From an uncultured Bacilli bacterium (GTDB lineage: Bacteria; Bacillota_I; Bacilli_A; RFN20; CAG-826): a stretch of 64,000 nucleotides of DNA. A model generated the notes under the pieces. It was not told where the DNA came from and searched no databases. It worked only from the letters and a program-made list of their open reading frames with translations. A program made the translations under genes and the position numbers. The first letter of the stretch is position 1; each line of letters starts with the position of its first letter. The stretch covers positions 193,578-257,577 of the forward strand of contig CAKVCX010000002.1 of assembly GCA_934725985.1 (NCBI GenBank). Reading direction: 5' to 3'. Shown here in pieces: positions 30,225 to 40,487 of the stretch.

Positions 30225-32075
30225 TTAATAGGAAGATAATTCGTTGGAAAGCTCGTCTTCGTTTTTCTTTTTGGCATCGAATTTCTTTCTATCTGGAGTT
30301 GATAATATTCTTTTTCTCATCCTAAAAGCGGATGGGGTGATTTCAACCAATTCATCGGAATTTATATAATCTAGGCAAGCTTCTAGGGACATTTTTCTAG
30401 GGGATTTTAAGACAACCGTTTGGTCTTTAGTGGAAGATCTAACGTTAGTTTGTGGCTTAGTAGCCGTGACATTGACACATAAATCTACTGGATAACGATG
30501 TTCGCCTACAATCATCCCTTCATAGCAAACCGTGCCAGGGGCAATAAACATAATTCCATGGTCTTCGACCTTTTCGATTGAATATGGGGTGGCTGGTCCT
30601 TTATCTACGGAAACAAGAACGCCAATTTGCCTTTCTCCAACGACATGATTATAAATAGGACGGTATTCTTTGAAGGTATGGTTAATAATGCCATATCCTT
30701 TTGTTAGGGTAAGAAAATTGGAAACAAAGCCAAGAAGTCCTCTTGAAGGAATTACATAAGTCAATCTGGTTTGGCTATTGTTTTCATTCATATCGATCAT
30801 TTGTCCGCCCCTAGAACCTAGCGTTTCCATTATGTCTCCTACATAATCGCTAGGAACATCGATTTGCAAATCTTCGTATGGTTCACATTTTTTGCCATCT
30901 ATTTCTTTTATGATGACATGGGGCTTGCTTACTTCTAGTTCGTATCCTTCTCTTCTCATTGTTTCAATTAGGACCGATAAATGAAGTTCGCCTCTGCCAG
31001 AAACTATCCATGTCTCGGTGTTGGGAATGCGTTTATAACGCAAGGAAACATCTCTTTGAACTTCTTCAAATAATCTTTCTTCTATAACCCTAGCTGTAAC
31101 AAATTTTCCATCTTGCCCACGCAATGGGGAAGAATTCGTTCCGAATTCCATTTGGAGGGTTGGCTCGTCTACTCTTAATGGGGGGAGTGGGTTTAATTGT
31201 CCCGGGGTGCATAAAGTATCGCCGACATTTAACTCATCATATCCTGCTATGGCGCAGATATCGCCGCTTTCGACTTTATTAGTTTCAATTCGTTTTAGAC
31301 CCATGAAGGTATAAAGCTTCATGACTTTAAAATCTTTGGTTGTCCCATTTGTCCTGACATCTGTGACAGTATCGCCGACGCTAATTTGTCCGCCTCTAAT
31401 TGTGCCTATTCCAATTCTTCCAACGAATTCGTTATAGTCTAATAAGGCTGGTTGGAACCTAAATGGACCATCTTTATCGCATATTGGTTCAGGGATTTCT
31501 TTTAAAATTGTCTCGAACACCGGATCCATTCCTTTGCTTTGCGTTTTCGGGTCACTAGAATAAGAAGAAGTCCCGTTTAAAGCAGAAGTATAAACAACCG
31601 GGAAATCGAGCAAATCATCCGGTGCCCCAAGTTGAATGAATAGATCCAAAACTTCATCGACGGCTTTTTGAGGGTCGGCATTTGGACGGTCTACTTTATT
31701 GATGACTACAATTGGCTTGATGTGGTTCTCTAATGCGTTTTTTAGTACAAAACGGGTTTGTGGCATCGTGCCTTCGAAAGCGTCTACTAAAAGAAGGCAC
31801 CCGTCAACCATATGCATAATTCTTTCAACTTCCCCACCAAAGTCGGCATGCCCAGGGGTATCGACGATATTGATTTTTGTGTCTTTATAAATTATGGAAG
31901 TAGTCTTGGCAAGGATTGTAATTCCCCTTTCTCTTTCTTGAGGATTAGAATCCATGACGCGATCGACGATAGCTTCGTTGTTTCTAAAGGTTCCTGAACT
32001 AGATAAAAGCGAATTGACTAATGTTGTTTTCCCGTGGTCAACGTGTGCGATTATGGCTATATTTCTCATTTTCAT
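30225..32075 (-). CDS. typA: Translational GTPase TypA/BipA
   Basis: [19 protein letters not shown] and NKVD, ~615 aa. Start set at MKMRN, with GGAGG 8 nt upstream on the - strand. Confidence 0.9.
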   Translation of the reverse strand: MKMRNIAIIAHVDHGKTTLVNSLLSSSGTFRNNEAIVDRVMDSNPQERERGITILAKTTSIIYKDTKINIVDTPGHADFGGEVERIMHMVDGCLLLVDAFEGTMPQTRFVLKNALENHIKPIVVINKVDRPNADPQKAVDEVLDLFIQLGAPDDLLDFPVVYTSALNGTSSYSSDPKTQSKGMDPVFETILKEIPEPICDKDGPFRFQPALLDYNEFVGRIGIGTIRGGQISVGDTVTDVRTNGTTKDFKVMKLYTFMGLKRIETNKVESGDICAIAGYDELNVGDTLCTPGQLNPLPPLRVDEPTLQMEFGTNSSPLRGQDGKFVTARVIEERLFEEVQRDVSLRYKRIPNTETWIVSGRGELHLSVLIETMRREGYELEVSKPHVIIKEIDGKKCEPYEDLQIDVPSDYVGDIMETLGSRGGQMIDMNENNSQTRLTYVIPSRGLLGFVSNFLTLTKGYGIINHTFKEYRPIYNHVVGERQIGVLVSVDKGPATPYSIEKVEDHGIMFIAPGTVCYEGMIVGEHRYPVDLCVNVTATKPQTNVRSSTKDQTVVLKSPRKMSLEACLDYINSDELVEITPSAFRMRKRILSTPDRKKFDAKKKNEDELSNELSSY

Positions 32076-32306
32076 AATAAAAACCTCCAAAAACAACCGA
32101 GCATTAGTCTAGTCTTACGCGCGTATACGTGCAAGAAAAAAATAAAATTGTTTGTTCCTAACGGCTTTTTTTGTTAAAAAAAGAGATAATTTGTTGAATA
32201 TTTAAAAACATTTCTATATATTACTTGTTGCAGCCAATCTTAGCCGCTATCTATCTCCTTAGTTACGGCATGGATTAGGCCAAGTTCTATTGAAAGGAGA
32301 AAAATA

Positions 32307-32576
32307 ATGGCTTTAAAGAAAGAAGAAACTCTTTCCATCATCAAAAAGTATGGAAAAGATGAAAAGGACACCGGTTCTGCCGAAGTCCAAATTGCTCTTC
32401 TAACTCAACGCATCAAAGATCTTACCGAGCATCTTAAAAAGAACGGTGGGGATGCCGCTGCTAGAAGATCGCTTCTAATCTTGGTTGGAAAAAGACGCAG
32501 CCTTCTTGACTATTTAGCAAGAAATGACGCTGATCGTTATACCGCTTTGATTGCTTCGCTTGGAATTAGAAAGTAA
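32307..32576 (+). CDS. rpsO: 30S ribosomal protein S15
   Basis: 89 aa with the conserved S15 sequence (TGSAEVQIALLTQRI...HLKKN..D..ARRSLL). Confidence 0.95.
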   Translation: MALKKEETLSIIKKYGKDEKDTGSAEVQIALLTQRIKDLTEHLKKNGGDAAARRSLLILVGKRRSLLDYLARNDADRYTALIASLGIRK

Positions 32577-32588
32577 TTAAAATAGATA

Positions 32589-32607
32589 ACCGCTTCGGCG
32601 GTTTTTC
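32589..32607 (+). terminator. Rho-independent terminator/attenuator between rpsO and pnp
   Basis: ACCGC-TTCG-GCGGT hairpin followed by TTTTTC. Confidence 0.7.
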
Positions 32608-32672
32608 TTTTTATGGACTTTATCTAGTGATAATATATCAAAGTTAAAAAACAATTTAGGAAAGAAAAAAGA

Positions 32673-34877
32673 ATGAAACAAGTATTCGAAACCGAATTCG
32701 CAGGACGCAAACTAAGTGTTGAAATCGGCGAAATCGCAAAACAGGCTGATGGTTCGGCCTTTGTTCGCTTTGGCGAAACTGTTGTTCTTGCAACTGCTTG
32801 CTGTGCGGATGAACCAAAAGAAGGCGACTTTTTCCCTTTGACTGTCAATTATGAAGAAAAGCAATATGCAGTCGGAAAGATTCCTGGCTCGTTTTTAAGA
32901 AGAGAAGGAAGGGCTGGGGAACATGCTACTTTGGCCGCTAGATTAATCGATAGGCCAATTCGCCCATTATTTGCAGAAGGCTTTAGAAATGAAGTTCAAT
33001 TGGTATCGACCGTTATGTCGGTTGATCCAGACAATACTCCGGAAATGACTGGTATGTTAGGTGCTTCTTTGGCCTTATGTATTTCTGATATCCCTTTTGA
33101 TGGTCCTGTTGCAGGGGTATATGTTGGCAGAGTAAATGGCAAATTAATAATTGACCCAAACGAAGAAGAAAAGAAACTTTCCGATATCGATTTGGCGGTT
33201 GCTGGTACCGATTCGGCCATTATGATGGTTGAAGCCGGTGCAAAAGAAGTTCCGGAAGAAGAAATGCTAGATGCCATAATGTTTGGCTTTGAGGCAATAA
33301 AAGAACTTTGCGCTTTCCAAAAGAAAATCATCAAAGAAATTGGCAAGCCTAAACGCCATATCGATTTATATGCTCCAGACCCGCGTATAAAGGAAGACAT
33401 AGAATCTAGGATTGGCGAAAAAATGGTTAAGGCCATTTCTATTTTCGATAAATTAGAAAGACAAGACGCCATCGATGCTTTAAAGAAAGAAATAATCGAT
33501 GATTATGATTCTAGAGAATATGAAGATGAACATGATCACAAAATGAGCATGTTAATGGTCAATGATATTCTAGAAGCCATGGTTGCTAAAGAAGTCAGAA
33601 GACTTATCACTGAAGATAAAGTTCGTCCAGATGGAAGAAAAGTCGATGAAATTCGTCCTTTGGATTGCCAAGTCGATTTGCTTCCAAGAGCCCATGGATC
33701 CGCCATGTTTACGCGTGGCCAAACTCAAGTCATAGGCACAACAACTCTTGGTCCGCTTAGCGATAAACAATTGATTGACAATTTGACCGGCGAAACCGAA
33801 AGAAGATTCATGCACCATTATAATTTCCCGCCATATTCAGTTGGCGAAATTGGCAGAATGGGTGCTCCTGGAAGAAGAGAAATTGGACACGGCAAACTAG
33901 GGGAAAGAGCTCTAAGCTATGTCTTGCCTAGCGAGGAAGAATTCCCATATACAATTAGATGCGTTGCCGATGTTTGTGAGTCCAACGGTTCTTCTAGTCA
34001 AGCTTCGATTTGTGCTAACTGCATGTCGCTTATGGCGGCTGGCGTTCCTATTAAAGGGATTGTTTCCGGCATTGCCATGGGCTTGATTACTTCTGGGCCA
34101 TTAGATGGCAATCATCCATATACCATTCTTACAGACATTCAAGGTTTAGAAGACCACTTTGGCGACATGGACTTTAAATGTGCCGGCACTTCTAAAGGCT
34201 TAACCGCCCTCCAAATGGATATAAAGATTCACGGGGTTACTAGGGAAGTTCTTTCTGAGGCTCTTGCGCAAGCTAATAAAGCTAGGGCGGAAATCAGGGA
34301 GGCCATTGCCTCTTGCATCAGCGAGCCAAGAAAAGAAGTGTCCAAATATGCTCCAAAGATGGTTACCTTTAAGATTGATCCAGATAAAATTAGAGATGTG
34401 ATCGGGCAAGGTGGCAAGGTTATAAATGACATTATTGCTAGATGCAACGATGTCAAGATTGATGTTGAAGAAGATGGAACCATAACCATTTATCATACCG
34501 ATAAAGAAATGATAGAAAAAGCCAAGGCTATAATCGACGATATTGTAAGAGAAGCCAAGGTTGGGGAAATCTTTGAAGGCAAGGTTACTAGAGTCGAAGA
34601 TTATGGAGCATTTGTTAACCTATTCGGCGATACCGATGGTTTATGCCATGTTTCTAGACTTAAATGGGGTTATGTCGAAGATGCTTCCAAAGTCGTTAAA
34701 GTCGGTGATATGCTCAAAGTAGTTGTTGTTGGACTTGATGAAAAAGGAAAGATTAAATTAAGTCATCGCGAATTCGAAGAAAAGCCCGAAGGCTATGTAG
34801 AAAAGGAAGAAAGAGTCAAAAAGAACGATAATCATTCTTCCAAATTCCATGGCAAGCCATCAACAAAAAGAAAATAA
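32673..34877 (+). CDS. pnp: Polyribonucleotide nucleotidyltransferase (PNPase)
   Basis: Two RNase PH domains plus KH (GQGGKVIN) and S1. 734 aa. Confidence 0.95.
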   Translation: MKQVFETEFAGRKLSVEIGEIAKQADGSAFVRFGETVVLATACCADEPKEGDFFPLTVNYEEKQYAVGKIPGSFLRREGRAGEHATLAARLIDRPIRPLFAEGFRNEVQLVSTVMSVDPDNTPEMTGMLGASLALCISDIPFDGPVAGVYVGRVNGKLIIDPNEEEKKLSDIDLAVAGTDSAIMMVEAGAKEVPEEEMLDAIMFGFEAIKELCAFQKKIIKEIGKPKRHIDLYAPDPRIKEDIESRIGEKMVKAISIFDKLERQDAIDALKKEIIDDYDSREYEDEHDHKMSMLMVNDILEAMVAKEVRRLITEDKVRPDGRKVDEIRPLDCQVDLLPRAHGSAMFTRGQTQVIGTTTLGPLSDKQLIDNLTGETERRFMHHYNFPPYSVGEIGRMGAPGRREIGHGKLGERALSYVLPSEEEFPYTIRCVADVCESNGSSSQASICANCMSLMAAGVPIKGIVSGIAMGLITSGPLDGNHPYTILTDIQGLEDHFGDMDFKCAGTSKGLTALQMDIKIHGVTREVLSEALAQANKARAEIREAIASCISEPRKEVSKYAPKMVTFKIDPDKIRDVIGQGGKVINDIIARCNDVKIDVEEDGTITIYHTDKEMIEKAKAIIDDIVREAKVGEIFEGKVTRVEDYGAFVNLFGDTDGLCHVSRLKWGYVEDASKVVKVGDMLKVVVVGLDEKGKIKLSHREFEEKPEGYVEKEERVKKNDNHSSKFHGKPSTKRK

Positions 34878-34896
34878 AAAAACATAATTTATTTCT

Positions 34897-34928
34897 AAGC
34901 CTATTCAGCAATGGATGGGCTTTTTTTC
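34897..34928 (+). terminator. Putative terminator after pnp
   Basis: AAGCC...GGGCTT hairpin followed by a T7 run. Confidence 0.5.
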
Positions 34929-35010
34929 TTAACTTAAATTAAGAAATTAAAAAATATGATTAAATTTTTTAAATTTGTTTTAAAATAATGAAAATAAAGG
35001 TCTACTATTT

Positions 35011-35613
35011 ATGGGAAAGATTATAACTATTGGACGTGAATTTGGTTCAGGTGGAAGGGAGTTTGGTAGAAGACTTGCCGAAAAACTTGGTTATGCCTAT
35101 TATGATTCGGAGATTATCAATGAAATTTGCAAAGGGACCAAATATTCGAAAGAATATATCGAGCAAGTTAGCGAAAAAGACCCAGTTCCTTTATTTCCTA
35201 TTCGTTATGGAAACTCTTTTGCCATTGGCCCAGATCCAAGCGTAACAATGGCTATGAATGTCTACAAAGTCCAGACCAATGTTTTAAAAGAAATGGCCAA
35301 TAAATCTAATTGCATCATCATCGGAAGGGCTGCCGATTATATATTAAAAGATTTAAAGCCTTTCTCAATATTTGTTTATGCCTGTATGGAATCAAGGATA
35401 GAAAGATGTCAAAAAAGAGAAAAGGAAAATGAAAATTTTACTTTTTCTCAAATGAAAAGAAAAATTAAAAAGATAGATAAAGGTCGCGCTAAATATTACT
35501 CTTTTGTCAGTGGCAAAAAGTGGGGCGATAAGAATAATTACGACCTAATGATTAATACTTCTTATACGGATATAAAAAAATTAGTTGATATGGTAACTAA
35601 TTTATTTGAATAA
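35011..35613 (+). CDS. Cytidylate kinase-like family P-loop protein
   Basis: N-terminus IITIGREFGSGGREFGRRLAEKLGYAYYDSEII is characteristic of the CMP-kinase-like family. Confidence 0.6.
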   Translation: MGKIITIGREFGSGGREFGRRLAEKLGYAYYDSEIINEICKGTKYSKEYIEQVSEKDPVPLFPIRYGNSFAIGPDPSVTMAMNVYKVQTNVLKEMANKSNCIIIGRAADYILKDLKPFSIFVYACMESRIERCQKREKENENFTFSQMKRKIKKIDKGRAKYYSFVSGKKWGDKNNYDLMINTSYTDIKKLVDMVTNLFE

Positions 35614-36699
35614 GTATTTTGCAAATTCTAATAAACTATTATTTGACAATGCTTTTTCTATGTCTTTTTGAGTTCGATATTCTTTGTTTTTAATAAAGTA
35701 AAGATACGATTTGTAAACTATCTTATCCGCTTGGGAGGGTTCTTTTGTTGTCTTTATATAATCAAAATACTCTTTTTCTTTAAAAGTAGGCGAACTAGCT
35801 AATTCAAAACTAACGATTACAAATCTTCTTAAATAAACTAGCATCGAAGAAATAAACCAAAAATGAGCATCGTTAGATAAATTTTTATTGTTTAACATTT
35901 TTCCTAGTAAAGGCAAGCCATCTAGTTCATCTCGATAAATATCAATATAGACAAAATCAAAAGAAGAGAAATTAGAGAAGGCTAAAGCATCTTCCTCAAT
36001 GATATTTATTTTTTCTTTATACTCAAATTCAAGCAGAAGGTGTTCCTTAAATAAATCTATAATTTCTTTATCTTTTTCTATAATGGTTATCTTTTTTACT
36101 TCCTTTTTAATTGAAGCCATGTAAGCAAAATAGCCTAATCCCAAGCCGAAAATTAAAACATTCCCATGAGCCTTTTTTATATCTTCTTTCATTGAATTTA
36201 ATTCATGAGGAACCAATTCCATCCAATTGGAACCTTCTTTTTTTAAGACGGGATAGCCGATTTTTTCTTTAAAATAGCCAAAAGGAGAATATTCTTCAAA
36301 AGAAGAAGTGACTACTTTTTCATCTAGCAAAAAAGGAACAAAAGGATAGAAATAATCAATGCAAAAAGAAACGGAACCTTTTTCTATTGGTTTTAAATTC
36401 ATTAGTTTTTGGTAATATGGATTTAATAGCAATAAGTTTTTGTTAACTTCTTCTAGGTGAAGCTTTGGCAAGGAATTTAAATATTGTTCGCTTTCTTTAT
36501 CTAAATTGATTAGAGTGGCTAAAGTTCTATCTAAACAAGTAGATAGATTCTCTTCTTTGACTAAATTTTCTTTTAACGACTTTGCAAATTGCTTTGGATT
36601 TACGCTGAATAAAAGATTAGCGTGATAATCTCTTTCTTCTCCCTCGCTTTCTATTTTTGCAAGTGACTGTATATATTTATATAATTCTTTGTTTATCAT
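35602..36699 (-). CDS. Spermidine-synthase-fold (class I SAM-dependent MTase-like) protein with ~170 aa N-terminal extension
   Basis: VLIFGLGLGYFA (G-x-G-x-G), ITIIEKDKEII and FDFVYIDIY parallel the SpeE blocks. The canonical DGG is absent. Confidence 0.4.
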   Translation of the reverse strand: MINKELYKYIQSLAKIESEGEERDYHANLLFSVNPKQFAKSLKENLVKEENLSTCLDRTLATLINLDKESEQYLNSLPKLHLEEVNKNLLLLNPYYQKLMNLKPIEKGSVSFCIDYFYPFVPFLLDEKVVTSSFEEYSPFGYFKEKIGYPVLKKEGSNWMELVPHELNSMKEDIKKAHGNVLIFGLGLGYFAYMASIKKEVKKITIIEKDKEIIDLFKEHLLLEFEYKEKINIIEEDALAFSNFSSFDFVYIDIYRDELDGLPLLGKMLNNKNLSNDAHFWFISSMLVYLRRFVIVSFELASSPTFKEKEYFDYIKTTKEPSQADKIVYKSYLYFIKNKEYRTQKDIEKALSNNSLLEFAKYLFK

Positions 36700-36797
36700 A
36701 AAATCGCTTTCTTAATTTTATTAGAATTGCCCTTTTAAATAAACATTTAAAAATAGTAGTTTTTGTTACTGAATATTGTCTTGGTGGTTTATACTAT

Positions 36798-38231
36798 TTG
36801 TATATGTATGATGTCATTGTAATTGGAGCAGGCATAAGCGGTGCCTTCGTTTGTAGAAATTTATCTAGATACAATTTATCTACTTTATGTATCGAGAGCA
36901 AGAATGATGTAGGAGACGTCACTTCTATGGCAAATTCTGCTATAGTTCATTCTGGCTATGATCCAAAGCCTGGTTCTTTAAAAGCCAAGTTTAACGTTAG
37001 AGGAAATGCTTTGTATCCTCAAATTTGCAAAGAACTTGATGTTTCTTTTAAACAAGTCGGGTCTATGACTTTAGCCTTTAGTAAAGAAAATTTAGAAACT
37101 TTAAAGCAATTAAAGGAAAGGGCAAATGAAAATGGGGTCCAGGCAACTTTGCTAAATAAAGAGGAAACATTGGAATTAGAAAAAAATGTTTCAATCGATG
37201 TAATGGGTTCTTTGCTTTGCAAAAGCGCTGGAATAATAAATCCTTTTACTTTGGTTGCCCATTGTTTTGAAAACGCGATTGATAATGGTATTGAATTGCA
37301 TTTAAACGAGACTGTAATTGATATAAAAAATAATGATGATCGTTTTATTATTAAAACAAATAAAAAAGAATATGAGACAAAGGTCGTTATTAATTGTGCC
37401 GGTCTATATGCAGATAAAATAGCTTCTATGGTCGAAGATATTTCTTGGTCTATTAATCCTAGAAAAGGAGAATATTTTGTTTTAGATCATTTTGGTGCGG
37501 GCTTAGTTAATCATGTCTTGTTCCCTCTTCCAAGCGAAAAAGGAAAAGGTGTTCTTGTTACAATGACTACTTCTTCTAATTATTTAATAGGACCTTCTTC
37601 TGAGTTTAATGAGGATAAAGAAGATACTTCAACTGACACTTTGACATTATTAGATGTTAAAAATAATGCCTTAAAAATGGTGCCAAATATTCCTTTTTTT
37701 GAGCAAATAAGAACTTTTTCTGGTGTTAGGGCTACTCCAAGCACACATGATTTTATTATCGGTCCTTCCTTAAAAAATGCTCGCTTTATTAATGTTGCTG
37801 GAATTGAAAGCCCTGGCCTAGCCTCTTCTCCTGCGATTGGTGAATATGTAGTAGAAGAATTGGTCTTGCCGCTTTTACATCCTAGCAAGAACGAATCTTT
37901 TAATCCTTGCGTCAAACCTTATATAAAGCCAAATGCTCTTTCTATAAAAGAAAGAAATGATTTAATAGCAAAAAATAGTGATTATGGGCAAATAATATGC
38001 AATTGCGAAAAGATAAGCTTAGGCGAAATTAAGGATGTTTTATCTAGATCCTTGCCTTGTTTAAGCGTTAAGGCAATTAAAAAAAGAACAAGGGCTGGTT
38101 TTGGTAAATGCCAAGGTGGTTTTTGCCAACCTATGGTTTTGTTTTTACTATCGAAAAACAATGGAATTTCTCCTTTGGATGTAGTTTACGATGGGCCTAA
38201 TTCAAATATTCTAAAGCAGGAGAGCAAATAA
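36798..38231 (+). CDS. FAD-dependent oxidoreductase, GlpA-like, with C-terminal BFD-like [2Fe-2S] domain
   Basis: DVIVIGAGISGA dinucleotide fold. C-terminal CNCEKISLGEI...CQGGFCQ BFD-type cysteine pattern. Confidence 0.7.
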   Translation: MYMYDVIVIGAGISGAFVCRNLSRYNLSTLCIESKNDVGDVTSMANSAIVHSGYDPKPGSLKAKFNVRGNALYPQICKELDVSFKQVGSMTLAFSKENLETLKQLKERANENGVQATLLNKEETLELEKNVSIDVMGSLLCKSAGIINPFTLVAHCFENAIDNGIELHLNETVIDIKNNDDRFIIKTNKKEYETKVVINCAGLYADKIASMVEDISWSINPRKGEYFVLDHFGAGLVNHVLFPLPSEKGKGVLVTMTTSSNYLIGPSSEFNEDKEDTSTDTLTLLDVKNNALKMVPNIPFFEQIRTFSGVRATPSTHDFIIGPSLKNARFINVAGIESPGLASSPAIGEYVVEELVLPLLHPSKNESFNPCVKPYIKPNALSIKERNDLIAKNSDYGQIICNCEKISLGEIKDVLSRSLPCLSVKAIKKRTRAGFGKCQGGFCQPMVLFLLSKNNGISPLDVVYDGPNSNILKQESK

Positions 38232-38233
38232 TT

Positions 38234-39499
38234 ATGGAGACTCGTGATTTAGTTATTATTGGTGGAGGCTCTGCCGGAATGGCTGCCGCCATATCTGCTT
38301 TCGATAATGGTATAAAGGATATTTTAATATTAGAAAAAGGAGAATTTTTAGGTGGCATTTTAAACCAATGTATTCATAATGGCTTTGGCTTGCATGAATT
38401 CAACGAAGAACTTACTGGACCCGAGTTTTTAACTAGGTTTGTTAATCAAATTGAGCAAAGGAAAATCGAATACAAATTAAATACTTATGTCCTTTCTTTG
38501 ACAAAGGATAAAATTATTAGTTATGTAAATAGAATTGATGGACTGACGACTATTAAGGCTAAATCTATAATAGTTGCGACGGGCTGCTTGGAAAGAAGTG
38601 CTGGTGCTATTGGTATCCCTGGGGAAAGGCCTAGTGGAGTTATTACGGCTGGACAAGCTCAATTATATTTAAATGAATATGGTTATTTAGTTGGAAAGAA
38701 AGTCTTTATTTTGGGATCTGGCGATATTGGGCTTATCATGGCTAGAAGAATGACTTTAGAAGGTGCTAAAGTATTGGGCGTGGCCGAATTAATGCCCTAT
38801 AGCAATGGATTAAATAGAAACATTCAACAATGCTTAAAAGACTTTGATATCCCTTTATATTTGTCTCATACAGTTTCTAAGATAATTGGCAAAGATAAAT
38901 TAGAGGCTATTGAAGTAAGTGAAGTTGATTCTTCTTTAAAAGTAATTGATGGAACAGCGAAAAGATTTGAATTGGATACCTTGCTTCTTTCTATTGGCCT
39001 AATCCCTAATAATGCTTTATTAAATAGCATAGGAACACCCCAATCCAAAACTAGAGGTTCTTGCGTCAATGAACATATGGAAACTGCTTTCGATGGCTTA
39101 TTTGCTTGTGGCAATGTTTTGCACGTTCATGATCTTGTCGATTATGTTGTTGAAGAAGCTAGAGTGGCAGGGCTTGGCGCTAGTAAATATTTAAAAGGCA
39201 AATTGATTAGGGGAGAACATAAGATTTTAACTGAAGCTGGTGAGGGGATAGGATATGTTGTTCCTAGTCAAATAGACTATGATGAAGCCGAAGACTTCAT
39301 AGAATTAAAATTTAGAGTAAAAAGGCCTAGCAAAGATGTTTATATAGTTTATAGTTGTGATGGCGAAATTATTAAAAAAGTATATAAAAGTGCGATTATA
39401 CCTAGTGAAATGGAAATTTATAAATTGCCTAAGAATTTACTAAATAACAACTATAAAACTATTAATGTCAGATTAGAGAAAAAGGAGGCAAGCAAATGA
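38234..39499 (+). CDS. FAD/NAD(P)-binding pyridine nucleotide-disulfide oxidoreductase-family protein (GlpB-like partner)
   Basis: Two Rossmann motifs (LVIIGGGSAGMAAA; VFILGSGDIGL). The start is 3 nt after the upstream stop. Confidence 0.6.
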   Translation: METRDLVIIGGGSAGMAAAISAFDNGIKDILILEKGEFLGGILNQCIHNGFGLHEFNEELTGPEFLTRFVNQIEQRKIEYKLNTYVLSLTKDKIISYVNRIDGLTTIKAKSIIVATGCLERSAGAIGIPGERPSGVITAGQAQLYLNEYGYLVGKKVFILGSGDIGLIMARRMTLEGAKVLGVAELMPYSNGLNRNIQQCLKDFDIPLYLSHTVSKIIGKDKLEAIEVSEVDSSLKVIDGTAKRFELDTLLLSIGLIPNNALLNSIGTPQSKTRGSCVNEHMETAFDGLFACGNVLHVHDLVDYVVEEARVAGLGASKYLKGKLIRGEHKILTEAGEGIGYVVPSQIDYDEAEDFIELKFRVKRPSKDVYIVYSCDGEIIKKVYKSAIIPSEMEIYKLPKNLLNNNYKTINVRLEKKEASK

Positions 39500-39840
39500 A
39501 AGAGTTAGTGTGTATCATTTGTCCTAGAGGATGTCGGCTTAAAATCGATGATGACATGAATGTCTCTGGGAATTTTTGTCCTCGTGGGGCCAAATATGCT
39601 ATCCAAGAATTGACTGATCCAAAACGCACCTTGACTTCTACTGTGAAAATAGATTCTAAAATTTTGCGTGTTTGCCCGGTTAAAAGCCTCTATCCCTTAC
39701 CTAAAAATAAAATTTTGGAAGCCATGAAATTTGTCAACCAAATACATTTGAAAGCACCTATAAAGATGGGGGAAGTTGTCTTGAATGACTTAGCTGGTAC
39801 TGGGGTACCTCTTGTTACGACTAGGGAGATAAAAGAATAA
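39496..39840 (+). CDS. DUF1667-family small Cys-rich protein (third subunit of GlpA-like set)
   Basis: CIICPRGCRLKIDDD...CPRGAKYA cysteine pattern. Its start overlaps the upstream stop. Confidence 0.6.
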   Translation: MKELVCIICPRGCRLKIDDDMNVSGNFCPRGAKYAIQELTDPKRTLTSTVKIDSKILRVCPVKSLYPLPKNKILEAMKFVNQIHLKAPIKMGEVVLNDLAGTGVPLVTTREIKE

Positions 39841-39841
39841 T

Positions 39842-40384
39842 ATGAGAATTATCGTAGCCAGTGATATCCATGGGCGTATTTTAGCGGCTAAAAAGTTGGA
39901 CAAGCTATTTCTCCGCTATAATCCAGATAAGATTATTTTGCTTGGTGATTATCTATATAATGGACCTAGGAATGGAGTTCCAGAAGATTATGATCCAATG
40001 GGTGTTTCCATTATTTTAAATAAATATGCGAATTTAATTACTGGAGTCAGGGGAAATTGCGACTCTAGGATTGATGGTATGTTATTAAAGTTTCCCTTGG
40101 AAGATTCTAGGGTTATTTATTTAAATGGCTTTCGGTGCGATTTAATTCATGGCGATTTATTGACTTCTGATGTTTTAGATGTCCAACGCGGTGACATCTT
40201 AATGTTTGGCCATACGCATGTTTATATGCTAAAAAGGGAAGATGGAGTCATTTATTTTAATCCTGGTTCGACCTCTTTTCCTAAAAACGGGAACCCTGCC
40301 ACTTATGGAGTCATGGATGGGCTGCATTTAGAAATAAGGAAACTTGATGACGATTTACCTTTGACCTTTTTAGATTTAATTTAA
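39842..40384 (+). CDS. YfcE-like metallophosphoesterase (MPP superfamily)
   Basis: MRIIVASDIHG, GDYL, GNCD, GHTHV motifs. 180 aa. Confidence 0.7.
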   Translation: MRIIVASDIHGRILAAKKLDKLFLRYNPDKIILLGDYLYNGPRNGVPEDYDPMGVSIILNKYANLITGVRGNCDSRIDGMLLKFPLEDSRVIYLNGFRCDLIHGDLLTSDVLDVQRGDILMFGHTHVYMLKREDGVIYFNPGSTSFPKNGNPATYGVMDGLHLEIRKLDDDLPLTFLDLI

Positions 40385-40487
40385 CCGCTTTCATATCGAA
40401 TTGTTTCTTAATTTCTTTTATAATTCTTTTGATAAAAAAGTCGAGCAATATGTTTATAGTATTTAGCCAAATGGCTAGGAGCTTATT

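Noticed and set aside
32996-33472. 158-aa minus-strand ORF inside pnp, and similar ones at 33570-33818 and 34200-34496
   Set aside because: They are antisense to the strongly supported pnp gene. No independent signals.
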